This document shows positions 29,071 to 38,670 of a DNA stretch of 64,000 nucleotides, piece after piece. The stretch's first letter is position 1, and every line of letters begins with the position of its first letter. The notes beneath the pieces were generated by a model that made no database searches, was not told the DNA's origin, and saw nothing but the letters and a program-made list of their open reading frames with translations. This DNA comes from Longimicrobiales bacterium (lineage in GTDB: Bacteria > Gemmatimonadota > Gemmatimonadetes > Longimicrobiales > Gaopeijiaceae). The position numbers and the translations under genes are program-made. The stretch is from contig CBDCNQ010000004.1 of NCBI GenBank assembly GCA_965219445.1, positions 1,056,001 through 1,120,000 of the forward strand, in the 5' to 3' direction.

Positions 29071-30042
29071 ATGCCTCTTGGGAACCCGACGCGGATGTTG
29101 AGAAGCCTGCCGAGGCGTGCTCTTCGGCTGCTGGCGCGCCCTGCGCGCGACCTTCCGTCCCCGGAGCCGCTCCGGGAAGTTCGGCGGCTCGATCTGCGCA
29201 CCCGTGGATTCGTGGACTCACTCTACGTCGGTGAGTACGATTCCATCTTTCTCGGTCAGGGCATGGAATTTTCGCACGTTCGAGCCTACCAGCCCGGCGA
29301 GGACGTCCGCATGATCGATTGGAGGGTCACGGCGCGGGCCGGCACGCCTTTCGTTCGCCAGTTCATCGAGGAGCGCGACCTCCACGTCGTACTCCTCGTG
29401 GACGTCTCGGGGTCGGCCAGATTCGGTCCCGGGGAGAAGAGTCCGCAAGAGGTGGCGGCGGAGATCACTGCCGCGCTGGCCTTCGCAGCGACTCGGCACA
29501 ACGACCGAGTTTCCCTCGTACTCGTGAGTGATCGAGTCGAGCACTTCGTTCCCATAGGATCGGGGCGCAGGCATGTCTTTCGTCTGCTGACCGAACTGAT
29601 CACCCACACTCCGCAAGGGCGGGGCACCGACCTGAGCGTCGGGCTGAACCGGCTCGGCGATACCCTCCTTGGCCGGGCCACGATCTTCCTCATCAGTGAC
29701 TTCATTCAGAGCAACGCCGACGCGTCCTTGCGTAACGCGTTGATGAGGGTGGGATCCGTGCACGATCTGGTAGCGGTCCGGCTTTTGACAGCGGCCACGC
29801 TGGAGCTACCCGACGTAGGATGGGTCGAGATGAACGATCCCGAGAGTGGTCGCAGGATCATGTTCGACAGTGGGCAGCGGAAGGTACGGGAGGAGTACGA
29901 TCGTAGCGCCCTCCGAGCTCAGGCGGACACGGCGGCCCTCATTGGCGAGGTCGGGGCCGAGCTGCTCGACGTCGACACCGCTTCCGATCCGCTTGCCGCT
30001 CTCACCCGCTTCTTCCGAATGCGTGGGGGCAGGCCCCGATGA
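29071..30042 (+). CDS. DUF58 family protein
   Basis: GQGMEFSHVRAYQPGEDVRMIDWRVTAR, EERD, LLVDVSGS, FLISDF. Confidence 0.92.
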   Translation: MPLGNPTRMLRSLPRRALRLLARPARDLPSPEPLREVRRLDLRTRGFVDSLYVGEYDSIFLGQGMEFSHVRAYQPGEDVRMIDWRVTARAGTPFVRQFIEERDLHVVLLVDVSGSARFGPGEKSPQEVAAEITAALAFAATRHNDRVSLVLVSDRVEHFVPIGSGRRHVFRLLTELITHTPQGRGTDLSVGLNRLGDTLLGRATIFLISDFIQSNADASLRNALMRVGSVHDLVAVRLLTAATLELPDVGWVEMNDPESGRRIMFDSGQRKVREEYDRSALRAQADTAALIGEVGAELLDVDTASDPLAALTRFFRMRGGRPR

Positions 30043-31046
30043 GCTCCACGCTAGCGAAGGCCGCGATTCTCTTCGCCTTACACGCGACCGTGGCTACGGG
30101 CGGGGCTCAAGCACAGTCCCTGGACCTACCCTCTGAGGCCCGACTCGTCGGGTTCACGGTGGAGCCCGACGCGCCGGAGTTCGGGCACGCGTTTGACCTC
30201 CGAATCACCCTCAGGATCGGACCGGGGGTTGTCGCGTTCCTTCCGGATACGCTGGATCCGGGGGACGCCTCGGCCAGCGCAGGGACGGGGGATTGGAGTG
30301 AGACGTCCGGCCCAGCCGACTCGGTGGATATCCTGGCGCGTTATCCGGTCATGGCGTTCCTGAGCGGTCCCGTGGAGCTGCCGTGGCTGGAGCTATGGAC
30401 TCGGCCTGCAGGGGTTGGCGAAGTGGGCGGTGCGAGGCCGATGAGTGACTTGGCGGGTACCAGTTTCAGCGACGAATTCCAACCAACCCTGATTTCGGTC
30501 GGGGCCACCGAGATCACTCCGCTCGCGGAGATGGCCGAGGCGACCGGCGATCTCTTCCCCCGGCCGGCAGCGGATGTGCTCGGTGGCGAGTGGAGCATTT
30601 GGATGCTCTCGGCGGTCGCTACCGCCATCGCCGGTGCGAGTTTGGCCTGGCTCCTCATCGCCCGGCGTCGGCTGGCGAGTCGAGGCGACGCCGAACTGAA
30701 CGGGCGAGATCGTTCTCCGCGAGGTGAGGCGCTTCGTGAGCTCGATCGGATCCGGGGTCTGGGTTGGCTTACCGAGGGCCGGATGGTCGAGTTCTACGAC
30801 GCTTCGACAGGCGTGCTCCGTCGGTTCTCGGAGCAGGAGGAGGCGGATTGGGGTCTCGCCCTGACGAGCAGCGAATTGCTGGTGAGGCTCCAGGGCCGTT
30901 GGGGTTCCAGCTCCGTAGAGAATCTCGGTTCGACAATATCGGTAGCCGAGCGGGTGAAGTTTGGAGGGCATCACTCAGAGGTCGAAATCGCTGAAGGCCA
31001 CTGGATGACGATTCGTGACTGGATCGAGGGGATGGCGCAAGATTGA
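30039..31046 (+). CDS. Bat-operon-associated membrane protein
   Basis: Signal peptide, single TM, ALRELDRI..FYD..LRRF..AERVKF; overlaps both neighbours. Confidence 0.75.
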   Translation: MSSTLAKAAILFALHATVATGGAQAQSLDLPSEARLVGFTVEPDAPEFGHAFDLRITLRIGPGVVAFLPDTLDPGDASASAGTGDWSETSGPADSVDILARYPVMAFLSGPVELPWLELWTRPAGVGEVGGARPMSDLAGTSFSDEFQPTLISVGATEITPLAEMAEATGDLFPRPAADVLGGEWSIWMLSAVATAIAGASLAWLLIARRRLASRGDAELNGRDRSPRGEALRELDRIRGLGWLTEGRMVEFYDASTGVLRRFSEQEEADWGLALTSSELLVRLQGRWGSSSVENLGSTISVAERVKFGGHHSEVEIAEGHWMTIRDWIEGMAQD

Positions 31047-32041
31047 TGCGGATCGAATTCGCTCGCCCCGAATTTCTCTATCTCCTCTTGCTCCTCCCCC
31101 TGTGGGGCCTACTCGTTTGGCCGAGAACGGGGCGAGGCCTCCTGTACACGCATGGGGATCCCGGGCAGGGACCGACACGGTGGCCTGGCCTGCGATCGGT
31201 CCTGATCCGCATCGTACCACCGACCCTGAGAGCGGCGTCTTTGGCGTGTTTGGTGGTGGCACTCTCGGGGCCCGATCGAGTCGAAACAGTCGAGGAGTTT
31301 GCCCCACAGGGAATAGGTCTGGGGTTGGTCGTCGACCTCTCCAGCTCGATGTTGGCCTCGGACATGGGCGAAGGAGTCAGTCGGATTGCCATGGCCCGAG
31401 AGGAGGCCGTTCGCTTCGCCCGAGGGCGTCCCTACGATGAGATGAGCCTGATCGGCTTCGGGATGGAGGCCGTCACGAGGGTTCCAGCTACCACGGATCC
31501 GGAATTGGTGGCTCAGGGTGTCGAGTCGCTGGAGGTACAGCTCGTTCGCGACGGCACCAATATTTCGGGCGCCGTCCTGACGACCATCTCGCGGCTCCTC
31601 GAGTCGGATCGCGAACCGAGGGTCGTGGTGCTCCTGACGGATGGCGCCCATAACGGCATCGAGTTGCCTCCCCTTGCGACGGCCCGTGCTGCAGCAGCCC
31701 TGGGCGTCCGGATCCATTCCATCAGCATTCTCTCTCCGGAAGACGCACCTCTCGCTCCCGGTGCGACGATGAGGCGGCGAGGCGGCGTGGAGCCGGATTC
31801 GGATAGGGAGACCGTGCTCCAGGGCCTGGCGGGCCTGACCGGCGGACGGTACTTCCACGCGTCGAATCCCGTTGCGTTGGATTCGATCTACCGTGTGATC
31901 GACCAGATCGAGCCACAGGTCCAGCGGCTCGCCGAGCGGGACGTGTCTCACCCCGTCCGCCACTGGTTTTTTCTCTTGGGCTTGAGCCTGTTGGCGGCGC
32001 AGCTCTTGTTCCGTGGATCTCGATGGGGGCTGGTCCCATGA
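31046..32041 (+). CDS. batA: VWA domain protein, BatA-like
   Basis: FARPEFLYLLLLLP N-terminus, MIDAS DLSSSM, GTNI, LLTDG, TGGRYF, C-terminal TM. Confidence 0.85.
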   Translation: MRIEFARPEFLYLLLLLPLWGLLVWPRTGRGLLYTHGDPGQGPTRWPGLRSVLIRIVPPTLRAASLACLVVALSGPDRVETVEEFAPQGIGLGLVVDLSSSMLASDMGEGVSRIAMAREEAVRFARGRPYDEMSLIGFGMEAVTRVPATTDPELVAQGVESLEVQLVRDGTNISGAVLTTISRLLESDREPRVVVLLTDGAHNGIELPPLATARAAAALGVRIHSISILSPEDAPLAPGATMRRRGGVEPDSDRETVLQGLAGLTGGRYFHASNPVALDSIYRVIDQIEPQVQRLAERDVSHPVRHWFFLLGLSLLAAQLLFRGSRWGLVP

Positions 32042-33162
32042 CGTTTCTGGATCCGTCGTTCTTCCAGGTCGGAGTGGGGCTGACCGCACTCGTCCTCGTC
32101 GGTCTCCTGAGCCACGCGGGGCGCCGACGCCGGTTGGCCGATTTCATCGGTGGACGACGGGCGGTCCATCGGCTCTCTCGGTCCGACCTGTACCGGCTCC
32201 GGGTTGAACGGGCTCTTCTGCTGGGGATCGGTGGCTTGGCACTCGCCGCCGCAGCGGCGGAGCCGCACTGGTCGGGATCTCCCGAGCTGCCAGCGGTGAA
32301 CAGCGTAGTCCTCGGGATCGACGTATCGGCGTCGATGCAGGCAGTCGATGTAGCTCCGACCAGACTAGCGCGGGCCGTAGAAGTCGCAGGCGAGTTGCTC
32401 GACGCCCTCGAAGATCACCGGGTGGGGCTCGTGCTCTTCGCGGGCACCGGATATTCCATCGCACCACCAACGCACGACCACCAGGCCCTTCGTTCCCTGC
32501 TGGAGGGTGTGACACCGACGATGGCGAGTGCGTATGACCCGGGGTCGCTCCTGTCGGCCGGAATCGAAGAGGGGATCTCGCTCCTCGGGCGCCAAACGCC
32601 TCTGGCTGTCGAGACGGACGGGCTGGGGGTCGGCGCCGATACGGTGGCTCAGGAGCGGGAGGGGGAACAGCTCATCGTGCTGCTCACCGACGGTGAGGCC
32701 GGCGAGGCCGACGGGGATGTGTCGCGAGCGGTCGAGATGGCCCTGGAAGCCGGGATCGGGATTCACACGATCGGTGTTGGCACGGAGCAAGGTGCGGGCA
32801 TGATCATGCCTGCCAGCGCGTACCAGATCGGCGGCCCGGTTCTGGACGCGACGGGGTCCCCGAGCACTTCGCGGCTTCGGGAACCGCCCCTTCGTGATTT
32901 GGCAGCGGCCGGCGGCGGCCGATATGCGAACGCCGGAAGCGGAGCCCAAGTCCGGGCGCTCACGGGAGAGCTCCAGGCATCGGGATTGATCCGGCAACAG
33001 AATCCCGGCGACGAGGTGCCTGGCTGGGCCCGTTACGACCTCCCGTTCCTTCTGGGCCTCGTGGCGCTCGTCCTTATTCTGACTGAGAGCTTGCTCGATA
33101 TGACCCTGCCGGAGCGCTGGTCTTCGCGTATACGGGAATGGGCATGGGGGAAATCGGCATGA
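32038..33162 (+). CDS. batB: VWA domain protein, BatB-like
   Basis: DVSASMQAVDVAPTRL, RVGLVLFAG, LLTDGE, HTIGVGT..G. Confidence 0.85.
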   Translation: MTFLDPSFFQVGVGLTALVLVGLLSHAGRRRRLADFIGGRRAVHRLSRSDLYRLRVERALLLGIGGLALAAAAAEPHWSGSPELPAVNSVVLGIDVSASMQAVDVAPTRLARAVEVAGELLDALEDHRVGLVLFAGTGYSIAPPTHDHQALRSLLEGVTPTMASAYDPGSLLSAGIEEGISLLGRQTPLAVETDGLGVGADTVAQEREGEQLIVLLTDGEAGEADGDVSRAVEMALEAGIGIHTIGVGTEQGAGMIMPASAYQIGGPVLDATGSPSTSRLREPPLRDLAAAGGGRYANAGSGAQVRALTGELQASGLIRQQNPGDEVPGWARYDLPFLLGLVALVLILTESLLDMTLPERWSSRIREWAWGKSA

Positions 33163-33893
33163 CGAAATACGTCTTGGTGGCCACGATCCTTCTGGCGATT
33201 TTTTTGCTCTGGCGGGATCATCACAGCCTCGAGCGCGGCAATCGGCTCTACCGGGCCGGCGATTCCCCGGGCGCTGCGGAAGTCTATCGGGGTTCCGAGA
33301 GGGCGGGCGATGCGCTCCCGACGGTGGAATACAACTTGGGTACGGCCCTCCTTCAGATCGATCCGGACTCCGCGCAGGCCTACCTTATCCGGGTGGCGGA
33401 AGGGGAGGATCGTACGACCGCTCAAAAGGCCTTTTACAATCTAGGATACCGCTTCCTTACGGCAGTCCAGAACCCCATGGAGCTCGACGCTACCGTGAGT
33501 GCTCTGAGGGCAGCGGTCGCGAGCAATCGGTTGGCCCTTCGCCTCGATCCCGCCGATGAGAGCACCCGCTGGAACCTGGCTCTGGCGCAGGACTGGCTCG
33601 ACGCGCTGGCTCCGCCCGAGGAAGAAGAAGAGGTCCCCAGTTCGGGTGCGGAATCAGGCGACGAACCGGAGAATACGGGGGTCATCATTTCCGCCCCACG
33701 TCGGGGCGCGGTCGAGGGCGAACGTGAAGCTCTGGCCGGCCAGGATCCAGGGCCCATGAGCGCAACGGAGGCGTCCGGCCTGCTGGAAGCCGTAATCGAC
33801 GAGCCCGAATCTCTCATGAGAAGGATTCTCTGGTCTCATCGGCCGGACGTCCCCTGGTGGGAGGCCCAAGCGTACCCCGGGGGTGGATGGTAG
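33159..33893 (+). CDS. TPR protein, BatC-like
   Basis: GNRLYRAG, YNLGTALL, AFYNLG, ALRLDPADESTRWNLALA. Confidence 0.8.
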   Translation: MTKYVLVATILLAIFLLWRDHHSLERGNRLYRAGDSPGAAEVYRGSERAGDALPTVEYNLGTALLQIDPDSAQAYLIRVAEGEDRTTAQKAFYNLGYRFLTAVQNPMELDATVSALRAAVASNRLALRLDPADESTRWNLALAQDWLDALAPPEEEEEVPSSGAESGDEPENTGVIISAPRRGAVEGEREALAGQDPGPMSATEASGLLEAVIDEPESLMRRILWSHRPDVPWWEAQAYPGGGW

Positions 33894-33901
33894 GAGGCCG
33901 C

Positions 33902-34816
33902 ATGTCCCATCGATCAGGCAATCTGTTTAGGGCCATGCGAATGGCCGTCATCGGCACCGCCTTCGTGGCGGCAGCCGTAACGGGCGCTGCACGGCCCGCG
34001 GCGGGGCAGATCCAGCTCGATGTCATGACGTTCAACATCCGGACGTCGAACATCCCCGATGGGGGCAACGCTTGGCCGCATCGCAGAGAGCTGGTGGCGG
34101 AGACGATCCGTCGATTCGCACCCCAGGTGATCGGCATGCAGGAGGCCATGGACGAGCAGATCGAGTATCTCGCGTCCGCGCTACCGGACTACCGCTGGCT
34201 GGGAATGGATCGCCGGCTCAACGGGGGCGAGGGGCTCAGTGAGGCCACACCCATCTTCTACCGGCATGACGAGTTGACGCCGATCGAATCGGGCAACTTC
34301 TGGCTCACGGAGACACCGGACGTGCCACCGGTGCCGAGGAGCGGAACCGGCCGGCGCCGGCGAGGTGGCGGTCGCATCGTCACCTGGGCGAGGTTTCATC
34401 ACCAGGCCAGCGGGCAGGCGGTGTACGTCTTCAATACCCATCTCTCGCCGAGGCGAGGGCAGGGACAGATCGACGCGGTCAACTTGATCCTAGAGCGGGT
34501 CGGGGCGTTGCCGTCGGGTAGCGCCGTGATCGTCCTGGGCGACTTCAACAACGTCGGGGAGGAGAGCGACCTCTGGCGAATCGCCACGAGCCATGGGCTC
34601 GACGACGCCTGGGTCATGGCTGACGAGCGGCGGGGTCCGCCCATGACTCGGAGCGACTTCGGTCCGCCGGAAAACGGGTACGCCGAGCGGATCGACTGGA
34701 TTCTGGTCGGAGGTCCGATTCGCGTCCGCTCGGTCGAGACGGTCCTTCACAACGACGGAGGCCGCTACCCGTCGGATCATTACCCGGTCACCGCGCGTCT
34801 CGAGGTCGACTATTAG
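33902..34816 (+). CDS. Endonuclease/exonuclease/phosphatase family protein, secreted
   Basis: VMTFNIR, IGMQE, FNTH, LGDFN, RIDWI, PSDHYPV. Confidence 0.92.
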   Translation: MSHRSGNLFRAMRMAVIGTAFVAAAVTGAARPAAGQIQLDVMTFNIRTSNIPDGGNAWPHRRELVAETIRRFAPQVIGMQEAMDEQIEYLASALPDYRWLGMDRRLNGGEGLSEATPIFYRHDELTPIESGNFWLTETPDVPPVPRSGTGRRRRGGGRIVTWARFHHQASGQAVYVFNTHLSPRRGQGQIDAVNLILERVGALPSGSAVIVLGDFNNVGEESDLWRIATSHGLDDAWVMADERRGPPMTRSDFGPPENGYAERIDWILVGGPIRVRSVETVLHNDGGRYPSDHYPVTARLEVDY

Positions 34817-34828
34817 GCCCGTGCCGAC

Positions 34829-36088
34829 CTAGCAGTAGCCGACCGGCGCGTCGATGAGGACCCGTCGCTCCCGCAGTTCCTCGTATCCCGACCCGAGGGT
34901 CTCGCGCAGGATCGGGCCACTCAGGTCCGCCTCCACGGTGATGCGGTCCGGCAGGTACCGGCGGCATTCACCGAACTCTGCCTCGTATTCGGGTGTGGGG
35001 AAGGTGAGCGTCAAGATCGACGACTCGCCGCGCCGTTCAACCCGATACAGCGGGTTGACCGACAGCTGGCCTGTCACGTCACGCTCATCCGTCAGCTCGT
35101 AACGACGAAAGAGATCAGCCCGAGTGCTGGCGACCAGCGTGAGCGACGGCTCGGTGCCGAGCTGCTCGGGCGACATATCTCGCGTCAGGTCGACGACACG
35201 GTGCTCGATCACGTCGTTGAAGATCCGCTCATCGCTGAACAGTCGCGGCTGGAGTGGCTCGAAGAGCGCCCGATACGCCGCTGGCGTGAGCGTGTCGCCC
35301 GCCGAGAAGTTGTCGCCGAGCGCGCTGTGAAGGTGCGGCATCACCACGACGCCATCCGCGCCCGCAAGACGCATCATCTCTTCGGCCAGCAGTCGCTTGT
35401 GCCAGATGTACGGAAACGCGTCGGCGAGGACCACGGTCGAGAACGTCCCGCGAGCGAACGGGAGCGGATGGTTGGCGTCGCAGCAGACCGGTTCGGAGTC
35501 GGGCGCAGTGAACCGGCTGGCGAGCCACAGCTTCCAGAAGTGCACGTCGGCGAGCACCGTGCCCGGGACCAAAGGCCCCCCGGGGGGGCGCAGACCGGCG
35601 AGGACCCGGGTCAGATGACCTGAGCCGCCGCAGAGATCGAGGGTGCGGCCTTGGACGGGCCAGTGTTCCTGGCCGATCGCCCGCAGCAGCGTTTCCCCGG
35701 TCAGAAACGTCGGGTCCGTGAAGCGATAGAGAAAGTACGGGCCCTCGGCGTCGCTGCACAGAATTTCGAGGGCGTCGCGATACGTCGCGGTGTCAAGCGC
35801 CATGAGCGCGCGAAAGCGTTCGCTGCGTGCCGCATCGTCAGAAAGGCCCAGGAGGCCGAAGAGCGCCTCCTCCCCCCGGCCCGCCTCGAGGGCATGCAGA
35901 GCGTGCCGCGTCACATCGTCGGCCATCATCACGGGGATACCGGCGACGACAGGAAAGGCGCAGCACTCGCACGCGAGCACCCCCGCGTCGATGCGGGCGC
36001 CCTCGCGCGTCAGCGCGTCGTTCTCGACGATCGAGACAACGGTACCGCAAAACGGGCAGCGCAGGATGTCCAGGAGGCTTGCGTGCAT
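34829..36088 (-). CDS. SAM-dependent methyltransferase with N-terminal Trm112-like zinc module
   Basis: LLDILRCPFCG..LACECCAFPVVAGIPV; LDLCGGSGHL; CCDANHPLPF. Confidence 0.8.
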   Translation of the reverse strand: MHASLLDILRCPFCGTVVSIVENDALTREGARIDAGVLACECCAFPVVAGIPVMMADDVTRHALHALEAGRGEEALFGLLGLSDDAARSERFRALMALDTATYRDALEILCSDAEGPYFLYRFTDPTFLTGETLLRAIGQEHWPVQGRTLDLCGGSGHLTRVLAGLRPPGGPLVPGTVLADVHFWKLWLASRFTAPDSEPVCCDANHPLPFARGTFSTVVLADAFPYIWHKRLLAEEMMRLAGADGVVVMPHLHSALGDNFSAGDTLTPAAYRALFEPLQPRLFSDERIFNDVIEHRVVDLTRDMSPEQLGTEPSLTLVASTRADLFRRYELTDERDVTGQLSVNPLYRVERRGESSILTLTFPTPEYEAEFGECRRYLPDRITVEADLSGPILRETLGSGYEELRERRVLIDAPVGYC

Positions 36089-36104
36089 GAAAAATCTCAG
36101 CTGC

Positions 36105-36797
36105 TCAGAGCAGCACGGCCGCATTCTCGGCGAGACGCCTGATGAGCCTCAACGCCCGCTCGGCCGGACCGTCGGCCTCGAGCAGCTCCTGTCGGTGGGC
36201 AGGCTCGAGCCGGAGAAGGAGCGAGAGACCGTCGACGACCTGCTCGTCGGAGAGCTCCGGAGGAGGAGGCGGTAGTGGGGGCGAGACGGAGAGGAGGGCT
36301 TCTTCGAGTTCTTGGCGTCTCTGAGCGAGTAGCGGGCGTTCGCTCATCTCGACGGCCTCCGGAAGCGCCTCCACCTCCGCGAGCCGGTAAGAACGGCTCG
36401 CATCCTCGCTCAGGACACGAAACTTCACGAGCCCGGCCAGGACGATGTTGTACCGCCCGTCCGGTAGTTCCTCGACGTCGATGATGACCCCAGCGCAGCC
36501 GACAGAGTAGACCGGGGGTCGTCCTTCGTACTCCGCTTCGTAGCCCGGTTGCAGCAATATCATGCCGATGATGCTGTCGCCTTCGAGTGCGTCGGCCACC
36601 ATCGCGCGGTAGCGCGGCTCGAAGATGTGCAACGGCTGGATGCTGTTTGGAAACAGCACGACGTCCTGAAGAGGGAAGATCGGAATCGTCGCCGGCAGCG
36701 GCCTGGCTTCAGCCGATCCGGATTGGGCCGCGCCGAGACCCGGGGTACACAGGACAGCGATGGGCACGATCGCCCATCCCAGCGTCATGGGTCTCAT
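36105..36797 (-). CDS. Stand-alone Lon N-terminal (substrate-binding) domain protein with apparent signal peptide
   Basis: IPIFPL..VVLFP...PLHIFEPRYRAMV..AL, LPDGRYNIVL.G..KFRV. Confidence 0.88.
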   Translation of the reverse strand: MRPMTLGWAIVPIAVLCTPGLGAAQSGSAEARPLPATIPIFPLQDVVLFPNSIQPLHIFEPRYRAMVADALEGDSIIGMILLQPGYEAEYEGRPPVYSVGCAGVIIDVEELPDGRYNIVLAGLVKFRVLSEDASRSYRLAEVEALPEAVEMSERPLLAQRRQELEEALLSVSPPLPPPPPELSDEQVVDGLSLLLRLEPAHRQELLEADGPAERALRLIRRLAENAAVLL

Positions 36798-37624
36798 GTG
36801 CCGCCTCCTATCGAGACCGGGTTGCCAAAGCGTTCGATGAACACGTCGTTGCGCGAGCCGACCACCGCACGCCGGTAGTGCTCGGTCCCGAGGAGCCGCT
36901 CGGCGTCAAGTTCGTTGAGGTACTCCAGCGCACTCCCGTCCAGCTGCGTTCGGTGGCATCGTAGCGCGGCCAGCTTCCGGCCCGCAAACTCTCCGGCCTC
37001 CACGACGAGTGTCGGCTCGGGCGCCATCGATCCAAACGCATCCGCATCGGCCACACCGAGGACAAGCCTCGGAGGCTCGTCACCACTCTCAGGGCTCTTC
37101 GAGGCCGCATCCACGATGGCACGCATTCTGCCTGCGGGCATGCTGACGTAGCGGAGGGCCGGACCGGCGGCGCCAAGCCGGGCGACCACGGCAGTAGTTC
37201 GTTCATGCACCGCGATGTGGTCAGGATGCCAGTAGAGGCCGTCCTCGTCGAACGTTACGACGACCTGTGGCCGGAACCGGCGGATGGCGCCGAGGATGTC
37301 AGCCTCGAGCCGCGCTCCGTCGATCCAGGGGAGCATGCCATCCTCGTGGTCGAGCAATACAACGTCACGAATGCCGAGAACCCGCGCGGCATCTCCCAGC
37401 TCAGTCGCCCGGGTGTCGCGAAGCCGTGCGCGATCGTGCCTCGGCCCGTGTTCGTGATCCTGCCCCGGACCGTGTTCGCCGTGTGTGAGGCAGAGGAGCG
37501 AGAGCCGCACCCCACATTCGGCACACCGAGCGAGCAGGCCGCCACACGCCAGCGATTCGTCGTCGGGGTGCGCGAAGACCGCCAAAAGGGAAGACCCGCT
37601 CAGATCATCGAGTGGCGTCGACAT
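36794..37624 (-). CDS. PIG-L / MshB family deacetylase
   Basis: AVFAHPDDE, LTHGE, HPDH, KLAALRCHRTQ. Confidence 0.92.
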   Translation of the reverse strand: MSTPLDDLSGSSLLAVFAHPDDESLACGGLLARCAECGVRLSLLCLTHGEHGPGQDHEHGPRHDRARLRDTRATELGDAARVLGIRDVVLLDHEDGMLPWIDGARLEADILGAIRRFRPQVVVTFDEDGLYWHPDHIAVHERTTAVVARLGAAGPALRYVSMPAGRMRAIVDAASKSPESGDEPPRLVLGVADADAFGSMAPEPTLVVEAGEFAGRKLAALRCHRTQLDGSALEYLNELDAERLLGTEHYRRAVVGSRNDVFIERFGNPVSIGGGT

Positions 37625-37625
37625 G

Positions 37626-38666
37626 TCAGGCCGTGCGCTCGGCGCGATGACGCTTCGTGACCAGACGCGAGTAGGCCTCGACGTGTGCCTCGACCATGCG
37701 GTCGGGGCCGAAGCGCTCCACGGCGCGACTCCGCACCCGGCCCCGGTCGAGCGCCAGCACGCGTGGGAGCCCGTCGACGAGTGCGTCGAGCGAGTCGAAG
37801 ATCCCGCCGGTGACACCGTCATCGACGAGCTCACCGACGGCGCCGCGACGAAGCGCGGCAACGGGTGTTCCGCAAGCCATGGCCTCCGCCATGACGAGCC
37901 CGAAGGGCTCACTCGATTGCACGGGATAGAGCAGGGCTCGAGCCCCGCCGAGGAGTGTCACCTTCGCGGCGAGGTCTACCTCGCCGGCGTAGACGACCTG
38001 CCGGCCGTCGACCACGGGCGCGACGACGTCTCGATAGTAGTCATTCGCCGCCGCCGCGAGCATCAGATGCAGGCCGGTCCGTCGGGCTACGTCGATCGCC
38101 TGCAGTACGCCCTTGCCCTCCGTGAAGCGACCGAGAAAGACGAGGTAGTCGTCAGGTTGCGGGCGAAGAACGAACGTGGCCGTGTCCACTGCGTGATGAA
38201 TCGTCCCCACGACGTTGAGTCCGGCGAGCTGCCGCTCTTGCACGGCCGAGATGGCCACGAACGGCGCCGCCGGATAGCGCGACCAGAGCGCAACCTCGGG
38301 CGACGTCGGCGCGTGGTGCAGGGTGAGCAGTAGCGGTGTGGGCGAGAGCCGGGCGAACGCCAGCGATATCGGAGCGTACTCCGCCTGATAGTGAATGATA
38401 TCGAATTCGGCGGCCCGCTCGACGGCAGCGGCGAGGTTGAACAGCTCGCAGAGCTCCCATGGCCACAACGACGTGTCCTCGTGATAACCGGTTGAAAAGG
38501 TCGCTTGGAGCTTGGCAGTCGTCGTCGATGATCCGGTCGCGAAGAGGGTGACTTGGTGGCCTCTAGCTACGAGGCCGTCGGTGAGGAGCGCCGTGACGGT
38601 TTCGACCGAGCCGGACCGGGTCGGCGGTATCGACTGAGCGACCGGGCCGACTACAGCGATACGCAT
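37626..38666 (-). CDS. GT4 glycosyltransferase
   Basis: GLVARGHQVTLFA, FLGRFTEGKG, EPFGLVMAEAMACGTPV. Confidence 0.92.
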   Translation of the reverse strand: MRIAVVGPVAQSIPPTRSGSVETVTALLTDGLVARGHQVTLFATGSSTTTAKLQATFSTGYHEDTSLWPWELCELFNLAAAVERAAEFDIIHYQAEYAPISLAFARLSPTPLLLTLHHAPTSPEVALWSRYPAAPFVAISAVQERQLAGLNVVGTIHHAVDTATFVLRPQPDDYLVFLGRFTEGKGVLQAIDVARRTGLHLMLAAAANDYYRDVVAPVVDGRQVVYAGEVDLAAKVTLLGGARALLYPVQSSEPFGLVMAEAMACGTPVAALRRGAVGELVDDGVTGGIFDSLDALVDGLPRVLALDRGRVRSRAVERFGPDRMVEAHVEAYSRLVTKRHRAERTA

Positions 38667-38670
38667 CGTG

